DNA of 41,937 bases, taken from positions 1 to 41,937 of the IMG/VR virus record IMGVR_UViG_3300031110_000003. One strand, given 5' to 3'. The position numbers were made by a program, and so were the translations under genes. The stretch is from a virus. Positions 23,882 through 31,702 of this stretch are shown here, in pieces. The notes beneath the pieces were generated by a model. The model had not been told where the DNA came from. It did no database searches and was given only the letters and a program-made list of their open reading frames with translations. Each line of letters starts with the position of its first letter. Positions within the stretch are counted from its first letter, which is position 1.

Positions 23882-24190
23882 ATGTCTTGTTGCTTCATCA
23901 CATCGACTTTTGGCAGCTGCATCGATCTGGATCTCACATATGCCGATAGCACGGGTGCGCCAGAAAATATCTCTGGTGACTTGTTCGAGGTCGAAACAGC
24001 TTCGAAGCCAGCCTTCAGGTCGGCAGTATTCACGGTCACAGATGCCCCGAATGGTCTGGTGAGCTTTCATCTCCCATCCGACAAGGCCGAAAAACTCTCG
24101 TTGGGCAACATCAATTGGTTTCGCGTCAGTCGCACGCTGCCAGACGGTTGCAATATCGTTTCAGAGAAAATCTGGGTGAACATCATATGA
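23882..24190 (+). CDS. Hypothetical tail-fibre-module protein (102 aa)
   Basis: Strong AAGGAGGGGG SD directly upstream. Beta-rich composition. Confidence 0.65.
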   Translation: MSCCFITSTFGSCIDLDLTYADSTGAPENISGDLFEVETASKPAFRSAVFTVTDAPNGLVSFHLPSDKAEKLSLGNINWFRVSRTLPDGCNIVSEKIWVNII

Positions 24191-25599
24191 GTATCAAGGT
24201 CGATAATAAATCGAAGCCGCCGAAGCTCACAATTTCATCAAAAGGAACTCCCGGTCGTTCTGCCACTATTTCTATTGGTGTGACTGAAACGCTTCCGGCA
24301 TCTTCTGCTGCCAGTGTGACCAATACTGGTGATGGAACAAATGCCGTCCTAAACTTCGGCATACCAACCGGAAATAACGGGTGGACGCCAGTTCTGGCCG
24401 TAGCTATCGACCAAACTCGTAGAGTATTGGAAGTTGTTGAGTGGGTAGGTGGAGACGGCACACAGCCAGATGTTAGGGGGTATGTTGGCGCAACAGGAAT
24501 CGTATCAGATATAGCCGAGGCGATTGATATACGTGGACCCGAAGGACTGGGCGGCGGTGATATGCTGGCCTCGATTTATGATCCCAATGGTAAAGCTGTT
24601 GACGTGTTCAGTATGTCCAATATGGCTGAGGGGTCTGACGCCAAGATAATGACAGCGGCAGAGCGGGACGCGATAGCTGCGAACACATCCGCCCGTCACA
24701 CGCACAGCAATAAATCCATTTTGGATTCTACGACCGCATCATTCACAACAGGATTAAAAACAAAGCTTGATGGCATTCCAGCAGACGCTGACAAAACGCC
24801 AGGCATTGCCACAAGTTCAGCAAACGGCCTCATGTCATCTGCGGACAAGATCACGGTCGATGGGCTTCCATCCGCCTTGGCCGCTACAGAGAAGACAGCG
24901 AATAAAGGGGCTGCCAACGGCTATGCTTCGTTGGATGCGGCGGGAAAGATACCTTCGGCGCAACTCCCCCCGGTCGCAATAACTGATACCTTTGTCGTGA
25001 ACAGTCAGGCTGCCATGCTGGCCCTGACTGTTCAGGTGGGTGATATTGCTGTCCGAACCGATCTGACCAAGACGTTTATTCTGCGCGCTGAGCCGGGATC
25101 AGTCCTTGCAAACTGGACTGAGCTTCTTACTCCCCCCAGTGCTGTTATCTCAGTCAACGGTGAAACTGGCGCTGTCACCGTCACTAAATCGATGGTTGGC
25201 CTTCCCAACGCTGACAACACGTCTGACGCAAACAAGCCAGTAAGCACAGCACAGGCGGCTGCAATAGCGCTGAAAATCACAAAGTCAGGCGATACAGGCC
25301 TTGGTGGGTTTGCATCGTTTGTTCATTTTTTCGGTTCATCGAATGGTCAGACGTTTGTAGTGGATCGCGGCACCAGCAATTTTAAGCTGATCAATAACAA
25401 TGGGCCGTTTGTGTTACAGGCTCCAGATGACATTTGGGCTACATTTGCAATTATGGTTTGGCCGTTGGCTGGGGCAGGTGCGCTAACGGCTGTGGGCTTC
25501 AACAGGGTAACTGGAACCTTTGATCCGACCAAAGGTAATAGACTTTACATAACATCCTTTGGAAATCAGAGTTTTCTCGACATAAAGGCGTCAGATTAA
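24187..25599 (+). CDS. Tail fibre protein (470 aa)
   Basis: Fibre-type motifs are present: ANGYASLDAAGKIPSAQLP, GLPNADNTSDANKPVSTA, HTHSNKSILD. ATGA overlap with the previous gene. Confidence 0.8.
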   Translation: MSIKVDNKSKPPKLTISSKGTPGRSATISIGVTETLPASSAASVTNTGDGTNAVLNFGIPTGNNGWTPVLAVAIDQTRRVLEVVEWVGGDGTQPDVRGYVGATGIVSDIAEAIDIRGPEGLGGGDMLASIYDPNGKAVDVFSMSNMAEGSDAKIMTAAERDAIAANTSARHTHSNKSILDSTTASFTTGLKTKLDGIPADADKTPGIATSSANGLMSSADKITVDGLPSALAATEKTANKGAANGYASLDAAGKIPSAQLPPVAITDTFVVNSQAAMLALTVQVGDIAVRTDLTKTFILRAEPGSVLANWTELLTPPSAVISVNGETGAVTVTKSMVGLPNADNTSDANKPVSTAQAAAIALKITKSGDTGLGGFASFVHFFGSSNGQTFVVDRGTSNFKLINNNGPFVLQAPDDIWATFAIMVWPLAGAGALTAVGFNRVTGTFDPTKGNRLYITSFGNQSFLDIKASD

Positions 25600-26765
25600 T
25601 GTCTATTGGTCAATTTATGCCAATGTTCAGCGTCGGATCGACTTATCAGCCTGATCCTTATTCTGACTACGTGGTCATGTCGTTGGATATGAATACGCTC
25701 GCTGGCGGCGCTCCGGTCGATAAAAGCAATATGCCGACAGCGTTTGTGGTTGGTGGAGCGCCCGTTCTTGACGCTGTAAATACGCTATTCGGAAAGCCGT
25801 CGATACTGTTCTCAGGAACAGGTCAGTATTATCATCAAGCACGACCGACAGAGGCTTATTATGATCTGGCTGCGAGTGGGGATTTCTGCGTTGATCTATG
25901 GTTCAATATGCAAGTTCCGAACAGCGGAATATACGGCTGTTTGACTTGTCATAAAATTACGTCAGGTGGGAATGAACCGCAGCTATTAATCCAACCTACT
26001 GCAACAAGCGGCAAATACCGTGTTGTGCTCAACGCTGTTAATGCTGACCGCATTATTTCGAGTTATATAATTGATCCGGGTACTTGGTATCATGTGTCTT
26101 ACGGACGTGCTGCCGGTAACCGTTGGTTCATGTATATCAACGGTGTGCTTATTGGCACGTACACCAATACCAATAATATGTCGACGATGTCGATGACCCT
26201 TGGGGCCTCAGGGTGGAACCGTAGTACAAATGCTACGGATAAATTTAAAGGCAACATGGCAAATCTTCGTTGGTGGAACGGTGTGTCACCCCGTGATGGT
26301 GTGACTAATTTCACGCCTCCGAGCGCACCGTGGGGTCCGGTAATAACTCTGTTTGAAAATATTCAGATTACTAACGGTAATGTTGCCGATCCGGGAGTGC
26401 CTACTTTTATTTATCGTGGCTATATGGCGGCTGCCAGTAACCCAACCACTAATACGGGCAGTATCGATAAAGAAGGCTTTATCGGTGAAACTATCGATAA
26501 TGCACTCTTCATGGACTATCCGGGATACAGAGCGCCGCAAGTTATTTTAGTGGGCGCGAAGACAAGGCAGCAATGGCTGAGGCTAAATTGTGTCACACCG
26601 TTGATCCAGTTCAGGTCTCCAAGCCTCACATACCCAATCAATAAATTCCAGTTAACGGGTTCTAACCTAGCAGGAGCGGCTACAACCCCCTCCGTGGCAA
26701 CATCGGCTAATGGGCAGCTACTATTCCCACTTAGTCAAATTACTCATATCGAGCGGAGGGCTTGA
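25599..26765 (+). CDS. LamG/concanavalin-A-like lectin domain protein, probable receptor-binding component (388 aa)
   Basis: GDFCVDLWFN...WYHVSYGRAAGNRWFMYINGVLIG...FKGNMANLRWW is the Laminin_G_3-type pattern. TAATG overlap with the fibre gene. The segment is visibly AT-richer than its neighbours. Confidence 0.65.
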   Translation: MSIGQFMPMFSVGSTYQPDPYSDYVVMSLDMNTLAGGAPVDKSNMPTAFVVGGAPVLDAVNTLFGKPSILFSGTGQYYHQARPTEAYYDLAASGDFCVDLWFNMQVPNSGIYGCLTCHKITSGGNEPQLLIQPTATSGKYRVVLNAVNADRIISSYIIDPGTWYHVSYGRAAGNRWFMYINGVLIGTYTNTNNMSTMSMTLGASGWNRSTNATDKFKGNMANLRWWNGVSPRDGVTNFTPPSAPWGPVITLFENIQITNGNVADPGVPTFIYRGYMAAASNPTTNTGSIDKEGFIGETIDNALFMDYPGYRAPQVILVGAKTRQQWLRLNCVTPLIQFRSPSLTYPINKFQLTGSNLAGAATTPSVATSANGQLLFPLSQITHIERRA

Positions 26766-26766
26766 A

Positions 26767-27204
26767 ATGCTGCACTTACTCAAAGCTGGCACGGTCGTTA
26801 TGGTTGTCCCTGTCGGTGCGACTATCACGCATGACGGATTCACGGTCTCACCCGCCAGTATCACTTCTATGATGCCTGAAGGGTATTCTTTTGTGGAGGC
26901 ACCGCCAGCACCGGACCCGGAACCGCTAACCCCGGAAGAACTCCGGGCGCAGATGCCTAATAAATCAATGGTAGAGTTTCGGGCCGCATTGCGCTCGATC
27001 CGAACGGAGGCCGTGCCGAATGGCATTTATGCGGCTGACATTAACGCTAAGATTGATGAGATTATCGATCTCGACCTACAGGAAGAAGCGCGAGACTATT
27101 TCAATCTTGGACAATATGCCGAACGGCTAAATCCTTGGGTTGATATTCTCGGCGCAATGTTCGGGCTTTCGCCGCAGGAAATTGACGTTCTTTGGGCATC
27201 TTAG
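26767..27204 (+). CDS. Hypothetical protein, possibly a fibre assembly factor (145 aa)
   Basis: GGAGGG SD. It is the last gene of the fibre cluster. No domain recognised. Confidence 0.55.
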   Translation: MLHLLKAGTVVMVVPVGATITHDGFTVSPASITSMMPEGYSFVEAPPAPDPEPLTPEELRAQMPNKSMVEFRAALRSIRTEAVPNGIYAADINAKIDEIIDLDLQEEARDYFNLGQYAERLNPWVDILGAMFGLSPQEIDVLWAS

Positions 27205-27313
27205 ATTGTTTCTTCATCGGTAGGGCCTGATGCCTCATCGCGAAAAAAGAATACATGCCAAGCACCATTATACCCATGCCGATTAGCATCAGCATCACGT
27301 TAAACCAATACAT
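27101..27313 (-). CDS. Possible small membrane protein (70 aa) MYWFNVMLMLIGMGIMVLGMYSFFAMRHQ...
   Basis: N-terminal TM helix followed by a basic tail. Weak SD. The 3' half overlaps the convergent gene by 104 nt. This is a low-confidence call. Confidence 0.25.
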   Translation of the reverse strand: MYWFNVMLMLIGMGIMVLGMYSFFAMRHQALPMKKQSKMPKERQFPAAKARTLRREYQPKDLAVRHIVQD

Positions 27314-27644
27314 CCCGCACCACACCCCATGATTGCGTGTGAACGCTAAAACAATCAATTCTAAATTACAATGATAAGCTGTGATTAGAGCCTTAATGCG
27401 CGTTAAGGTCGCATAGAAAACCCCAGATGCTGGCGGGCGATCTGGGGCTGGCGCTCCCAAGTGGTTTCCCACCTGTAAAGTGCATACGTTCTTTACCAGA
27501 CGGTAAAAGATTAACACTCACCAATTTCAGGTAAACTTCACCTAAAAGAACGCCCCGGCAACGGGGGCGCTACCGGGGCCGCGCAGACAGAAGCGGGGGC
27601 CTCTATCGCGCTAACTAATCATCTCACAAAAATAGGAAAAGACA

Positions 27645-28328
27645 ATGGCACGACGCATCAACGCGGCGGGGCTTTCGCTCATCCAGCAATGGGAAGGGCT
27701 TAAGCTGACTGCTTATAAAGACGTGGCTGGTATCTGGACGATTGGTTACGGGCATACGTCCGCAGCCGGATCGCCATCAGTCACGCCGGGAATGACAATC
27801 ACAAAGGCAGAAGCTTCGCGCATTCTGCAGAACGATTTGGCGAAGTTCGAAGCGCGGGTTGAACGGCTGGTCACGGTGTCGCTGACTGAGAACCAGTTTG
27901 CGACCTTGGTTTCGTTCGATTTCAACACCGGCGCACTGCACAAATCGACATTGCTCAAAAAGCTGAACAAGGGCGATTACAACGCGGTGCCGGCAGAGCT
28001 TGCCAAGTGGGTCAACGCTGGCGGTAAGAAAGTGCAGGGGCTTGTGAACCGGCGCGCTGCCGAAGCGGGTCTATGGGCTAAGGGTGCTTTCGTATCGTCA
28101 AACACTGTTACAGCGACGACGAAGGCGAACAAAGCTGACGTTGCAACAATCGGTGGTGCCGGTGCTGCTGGTGCGGCTGCAACAATCGGCCCTGTCATTC
28201 CAGAGATTGTAAGCACGATTTCCAATCAGCAGGATGAATTGTCGAGCGGTCAGTGGGTGCGTGTTGCAATTGCCGCGATAATCGTCGGTCTGGCTCTCTG
28301 GGGCATCTATCGAAAGATCAAATCATGA
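27645..28328 (+). CDS. GH24 (T4/lambda R-type) lysozyme endolysin with a C-terminal transmembrane anchor (227 aa)
   Basis: The catalytic region QQWEGLKLTAYKDVAGIWTIGYGHT carries the E/D/T triad. A Gly/Ala-rich linker is followed by the TM helix WVRVAIAAIIVGLALWGIY at the extreme C-terminus. Confidence 0.9.
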   Translation: MARRINAAGLSLIQQWEGLKLTAYKDVAGIWTIGYGHTSAAGSPSVTPGMTITKAEASRILQNDLAKFEARVERLVTVSLTENQFATLVSFDFNTGALHKSTLLKKLNKGDYNAVPAELAKWVNAGGKKVQGLVNRRAAEAGLWAKGAFVSSNTVTATTKANKADVATIGGAGAAGAAATIGPVIPEIVSTISNQQDELSSGQWVRVAIAAIIVGLALWGIYRKIKS

Positions 28329-28600
28329 TCTGGGCGCTAATCCCCAACTGGTTGAAGATGACCGCCGCCGCCGTACTGGCGGCATTTTTGTGTCTGGCTG
28401 CTGGATATGCGGCTGGAACCATCAAAGAGCGTCAGCGGTCAGCATTGGCCGCAGCAGAAGCAACCGCAAAGGCAATCCAAAAGAGGGCAGATATAGATGA
28501 GGAAGTTATCAATTTGGATGCTGTTGCTCTGTGTAAGCAGCTTGGCGGGGTGCGCGAGCAATGCGACCAACTGCGCGGGCTGGAAGCAGATAAGCCTTAG
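28325..28600 (+). CDS. i-spanin (Rz-like), N-terminal TM plus periplasmic helical domain (91 aa)
   Basis: ATGA overlap with the endolysin. TM segment is MTAAAVLAAFLCLAAGYAAG. It contains the o-spanin start in another frame. Confidence 0.75.
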   Translation: MIWALIPNWLKMTAAAVLAAFLCLAAGYAAGTIKERQRSALAAAEATAKAIQKRADIDEEVINLDAVALCKQLGGVREQCDQLRGLEADKP

Positions 28601-28700
28601 GCCTGACACGGCGCTCTATCTGGCTGGCAACGATCTAAAGGCAGGACAGGGCATTGCTTCACACAACCAATTTGGAAATGCGCGGGGCTGTTGGAAGTGA
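28497..28700 (+). CDS. o-spanin (Rz1-like outer-membrane lipoprotein), overlapping the i-spanin gene (67 aa)
   Basis: Lipobox in MRKLSIWMLLLCVSSLAGC. It starts inside 28325..28600 in the +1 frame and extends 100 nt beyond it. Confidence 0.8.
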   Translation: MRKLSIWMLLLCVSSLAGCASNATNCAGWKQISLRPDTALYLAGNDLKAGQGIASHNQFGNARGCWK

Positions 28701-28708
28701 GCACATCA

Positions 28709-29008
28709 ATGTCAGATACAGAAGCAGACCTTCGCGCTCGCGTCGTCGGGCTGGAGCAAGCAACGCAGACAAATAATCAGCGTCTTGCCACTCTCGAAAC
28801 TTGGCAGCGGCAGCGGGAAATTGAAAGCGCTCGCAATGATGAGAAATGGGTGGCGATGGAGGCACGTATTGATACTCGGTTTTCAGGGCTAGAAAACTCG
28901 GTCAGAGGCATCCAGTCTTCTCTTTATCGTATCAACTGGATGATTATTGGCGGGTTGGTTGCTGCCTTTGTTGCTTTTGTCGTGGGCGGAGGGTTGAAGT
29001 CGCTCTGA
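28709..29008 (+). CDS. Coiled-coil protein with a C-terminal TM helix, lysis-associated (holin candidate) (99 aa)
   Basis: The TM segment is INWMIIGGLVAAFVAFVVGGGL at the C-terminus. It is the last gene of the lysis cluster. The function is inferred from position only. Confidence 0.4.
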   Translation: MSDTEADLRARVVGLEQATQTNNQRLATLETWQRQREIESARNDEKWVAMEARIDTRFSGLENSVRGIQSSLYRINWMIIGGLVAAFVAFVVGGGLKSL

Positions 29009-29019
29009 CGGTTTAGCAA

Positions 29020-29049
29020 TAAAAAAGCCGCCCGACTGGAGTAGGGCGG
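29020..29049 (-). terminator. Rho-independent terminator of the omp gene (minus strand)
   Basis: gccgccc (29026-29032) / gggcggc (29043-29049). On the minus strand it is followed by TTTTTT (complement of 29020-29025). Confidence 0.7.
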
Positions 29050-29071
29050 CTTAGTATGCGGTAAAAAGTGA

Positions 29072-29839
29072 TTAGAACTTGTAGTTAACACCTACGCGAA
29101 TTTCGCTTACATCGGTCTTGAAACGACGCTCGCCCGATGCCGCAGGAAAGTTTGGATCTGTGATAGTAACGGTCTTTTTGCCATAGTTGGAATACAGATA
29201 TTCCGTCTTAAGCGTCCAGTTGTTTGTCACTGCGTATTCGACGCCTGCTCCGATGCTATAGCCCACAGAAACTTTCGAAGACGAATTTTCGAAGTTAGGT
29301 CGAGCGGTCCCCGACCGGCAAGAAGTGCTACCCGCAGGGAATAGGATCGGATCCAGACCATTCTTATCGGAGCAACCAACAGAATGTTTTAGGTCTGCCC
29401 ATGCAAGGCCACCTGTGACGTACGGCAAGAAGCGATCAGCAGCGTAACCGAGACGAGCGCGAACGGTACCGTGCGTGCCAATCTTGTCTTTGGTGTAATA
29501 AGTGCTGTACTGAGCGGTGTCGTACCAATTTCTCTTAATGGAGCCGAACGAAACATCTGCTTCGGCACCGAGAACTACATTGTTGTCAAACTGCCAGTTG
29601 TAGCCTGCTTGAAGACCGCCAAAACCGCCATGCAGCTTCTTTTCAGGAGCCGCAGGATTGTAAACATCCTCAGTTTTACCCCAGCCGTAACCAGCGTGTG
29701 CACCAACATACACGCCACTCCAGCTGAACGTTGGTTCAGCAACAACGACAGCTGCCGGTTCTTGATAAACGATTGCATCAGCAGCAAAAGCAGCAGATGA
29801 AAGCATTGCAGTAGCTGCAACAGCGAGAATAAAGCGCAT
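29072..29839 (-). CDS. Omp25/Omp31 (RopB/Pap31) family outer-membrane beta-barrel protein (255 aa)
   Basis: Signal peptide MRFILAVAATAMLSSAAFA, then WSGVYVGAHAGYGWGK..., GGLQAGYNWQ, and the C-terminal ...IRVGVNYKF terminal-Phe barrel signature. All are hallmarks of the Brucella/Rhizobium Omp25/31 family. Confidence 0.9.
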   Translation of the reverse strand: MRFILAVAATAMLSSAAFAADAIVYQEPAAVVVAEPTFSWSGVYVGAHAGYGWGKTEDVYNPAAPEKKLHGGFGGLQAGYNWQFDNNVVLGAEADVSFGSIKRNWYDTAQYSTYYTKDKIGTHGTVRARLGYAADRFLPYVTGGLAWADLKHSVGCSDKNGLDPILFPAGSTSCRSGTARPNFENSSSKVSVGYSIGAGVEYAVTNNWTLKTEYLYSNYGKKTVTITDPNFPAASGERRFKTDVSEIRVGVNYKF

Positions 29840-30057
29840 GATATTCTTCCCTTAGCCCATAATTTGTCAGATAGAGTTAACCATCAAACGTCCGCGAAAC
29901 TAGTGTAATTATGCAACACTGGATTGTTTGAGGCGCCTAGCCGTTTTGTGGTTAACAAAACATTACTCGTGATGCAGGTTCGAAACTTTTCATAGAGATA
30001 CACGTTTTCGGAAAACTGCACAGTAAATCTGAGCCGTGCCGAAGTAAGGACTCACCT

Positions 30058-30252
30058 CTATTCTTCCGGGTCTGTTCCGCTTTGCCCTATATAAACGCCG
30101 TGCGCCGCTTGTAGCATAGCTTTTGCCGCTTCAAATCGGTCCCATCCAACCGCTTCAGCTTCATCGAGGGCGTCAATGATCTTAGCTGCCATTTCTTCCT
30201 GACAGTCTAAATCACGGTCAACATAGCCTTCTTGAAATTTTGGTCCGTTCAT
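30058..30252 (-). CDS. Small acidic hypothetical protein (64 aa)
   Basis: ATG at 30252 has a GGGAGAGAG SD. Sequence is MNGPKFQEGYVDRDLDCQEEMAAKIIDALDEAEAVGWDRFEAAKAM... Confidence 0.55.
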   Translation of the reverse strand: MNGPKFQEGYVDRDLDCQEEMAAKIIDALDEAEAVGWDRFEAAKAMLQAAHGVYIGQSGTDPEE

Positions 30253-30306
30253 GGCGCTCTCTCCCATTGTTTAAAAGAGATTTAGTGCGCGTAGGTAATT
30301 GGTCCA

Positions 30307-30334
30307 TAGGTTCAAGCTAGGTTCGGTGAACCTA
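30307..30334. promoter_or_regulatory. TAGGTTC direct repeat (30307, 30318) plus inverted GAACCTA (30328-30334); contains GTTC-N7-GTTC (30310-30324)
   Basis: Counted directly. The spacing of the direct copies is 11 bp. A third AGGTTCG copy is at 30388-30394, next to the tRNA-like core. These are either integrase arm-type sites or an alphaproteobacterial SOS-box-like element. Confidence 0.45.
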
Positions 30335-30396
30335 AAGAGAGCTATTTATTCGCTTCTCTTATTCCGTCTAACATATTGATGTATCGGAGGTTCGAA

Positions 30397-30441
30397 TGGT
30401 GGGCGTAACAGGGATTGAACCTGTGACCCCTACAATGTCAA
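30397..30441 (-). other. attP core: 45-nt copy of the 3' part of a tRNA gene (anticodon loop reads GAC, Val-like), not a complete tRNA
   Basis: The reverse complement is TTGACAT-TGTAG-GGGTC-ACAGG-TTCAATC-CCTGT-TACGCCC-A-CCA. That parses as anticodon loop, 3' anticodon stem, variable loop, T arm, acceptor 3' strand, discriminator and CCA. No matching 5' half follows. It sits 75 nt from the integrase stop. Confidence 0.75.
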
Positions 30442-30515
30442 TATATATCCCCTACCGGAAAAGCAGGAAATACGGGGAAGGGAGAGCTAAATATTAGCCC
30501 TCTCCGTACCCATGT

Positions 30516-31550
30516 TCATTTTGTGTTCTCCTTGGCAGGTTCACTTGTGCCAGAGGGAACTACGTACATTCCCATGTCCAAAGCTTCAGCAGCTTTACGC
30601 AAATGCGTAGGAGAATATCGGGCGTAAACTCGGCTGGTTATAGCAGAGTTTTTGTGGCCCAGATACTGAGATACCTCCTCCATTGGAACGCCAGCCTCAA
30701 TCATCCAGACAGCAGCAGTGTGGCGGAAGACGTGAGCCGATATTCCGTCTAATCCAGCTTTCTCAGCCGCCGTAGCGATTCCTTTTTTTAAACTCTTTAC
30801 TGGCTGTCCAGCCCACTCGACCACATAGTCAGTCATAGCCCCGGAACGTGCTTCCTTGAGGACCGTTAACAACGTTGTGTTGATTGGAACAATGGCGCGC
30901 CCTTTTCGACGGGCTGCATCGCTTGGATCACGTAGATAGATCAGCTTCCTTCCCAAATCGACACGATCCCATGTCAATTCCAGGATAGCAGTCACGCGCG
31001 CGGCAGTCGCTAACATGAGATGAAATGCTAAGCGCAGGTGAGGCGTCCTTGCTTCTGCAAGCATTCTCTTTGCCTCATCGCGCGTCATGTACCTGTCTTT
31101 TGGTTCAGGCTTCTTTGGGCGCTCGATGTGCGGGGCTTTGGCAATCAGCCCATTCTTCTCTCCCCAGACAAGCACCATTCGCAGGTGGCCCAATTCTGTG
31201 TGAATTGTACCGTCTGCAATACCTTTTTTATGGCGCTCAGCAATGTGCGCTCTGCAATCTTCCTTTGTGATGCTTTCGCCGTCACGTTCCCCAAAACGCT
31301 CTTTTAAAGCCTTCCAAGTGTGTTTCATCGTGGCGATAATTGCATGTCCAGCCTTGTCAGTGACGTATCCATTCCAAAGGTCAGAAACCTTCTGACCCTC
31401 GGCACGCGTCATTTCTGCATAGATTGCAGGCGCAAGGAGGTAAGCTTGGCGCGCGTCATCGGTGCCAAGCGAGTAGCGGTGCCTTTTACCGTTTCGTTCG
31501 AACGTGAGAGCGTATTTGCCTCGTAGTCGGGTAATTCTCCATTCTGACAT
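30516..31550 (-). CDS. int: Tyrosine recombinase integrase (344 aa)
   Basis: The catalytic region has ...ATAARVTAILELTW..., HVFRHTAAVWMIEAGVPMEEVSQYLGHKNSAITSRVYARY (R...HxxR...H...Y). Confidence 0.95.
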   Translation of the reverse strand: MSEWRITRLRGKYALTFERNGKRHRYSLGTDDARQAYLLAPAIYAEMTRAEGQKVSDLWNGYVTDKAGHAIIATMKHTWKALKERFGERDGESITKEDCRAHIAERHKKGIADGTIHTELGHLRMVLVWGEKNGLIAKAPHIERPKKPEPKDRYMTRDEAKRMLAEARTPHLRLAFHLMLATAARVTAILELTWDRVDLGRKLIYLRDPSDAARRKGRAIVPINTTLLTVLKEARSGAMTDYVVEWAGQPVKSLKKGIATAAEKAGLDGISAHVFRHTAAVWMIEAGVPMEEVSQYLGHKNSAITSRVYARYSPTHLRKAAEALDMGMYVVPSGTSEPAKENTK

Positions 31551-31702
31551 TCGAACCTCTCAACGTCACTGATCTTGATACGCAACAATTTACCTCCGAG
31601 GCGAAAGCCCCCGAGCTTCCCCTCTCTGATGAGATTGCGAACGTGTTTTTCTGAACAAGCCCACCGTACGGCGAGCGTTGCGGGCGTAAATAGCGCCTCC
31701 AT
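31409..31702 (-). CDS. xis: Excisionase / AlpA-type HTH protein (97 aa as an open frame; the 3' part overlaps int)
   Basis: LFTPATLAVRWACSEKHVRNLIREGKLGGFRLGGKLLRIKISDVERFE is the excisionase HTH_17 pattern. The frame stays open 142 nt into int. Confidence 0.75.
   Translation of the reverse strand: MEALFTPATLAVRWACSEKHVRNLIREGKLGGFRLGGKLLRIKISDVERFECQNGELPDYEANTLSRSNETVKGTATRLAPMTRAKLTSLRLQSMQK

Noticed and set aside
30397-30480. A complete tRNA gene beside the integrase
   Set aside because: Only the 3' 45 nt fold as tRNA. The 5 nt preceding the anticodon loop (ATATA) cannot pair with TGTAG, and no GGGCGTA acceptor 5' strand is present. It is an attP core, not a functional tRNA.
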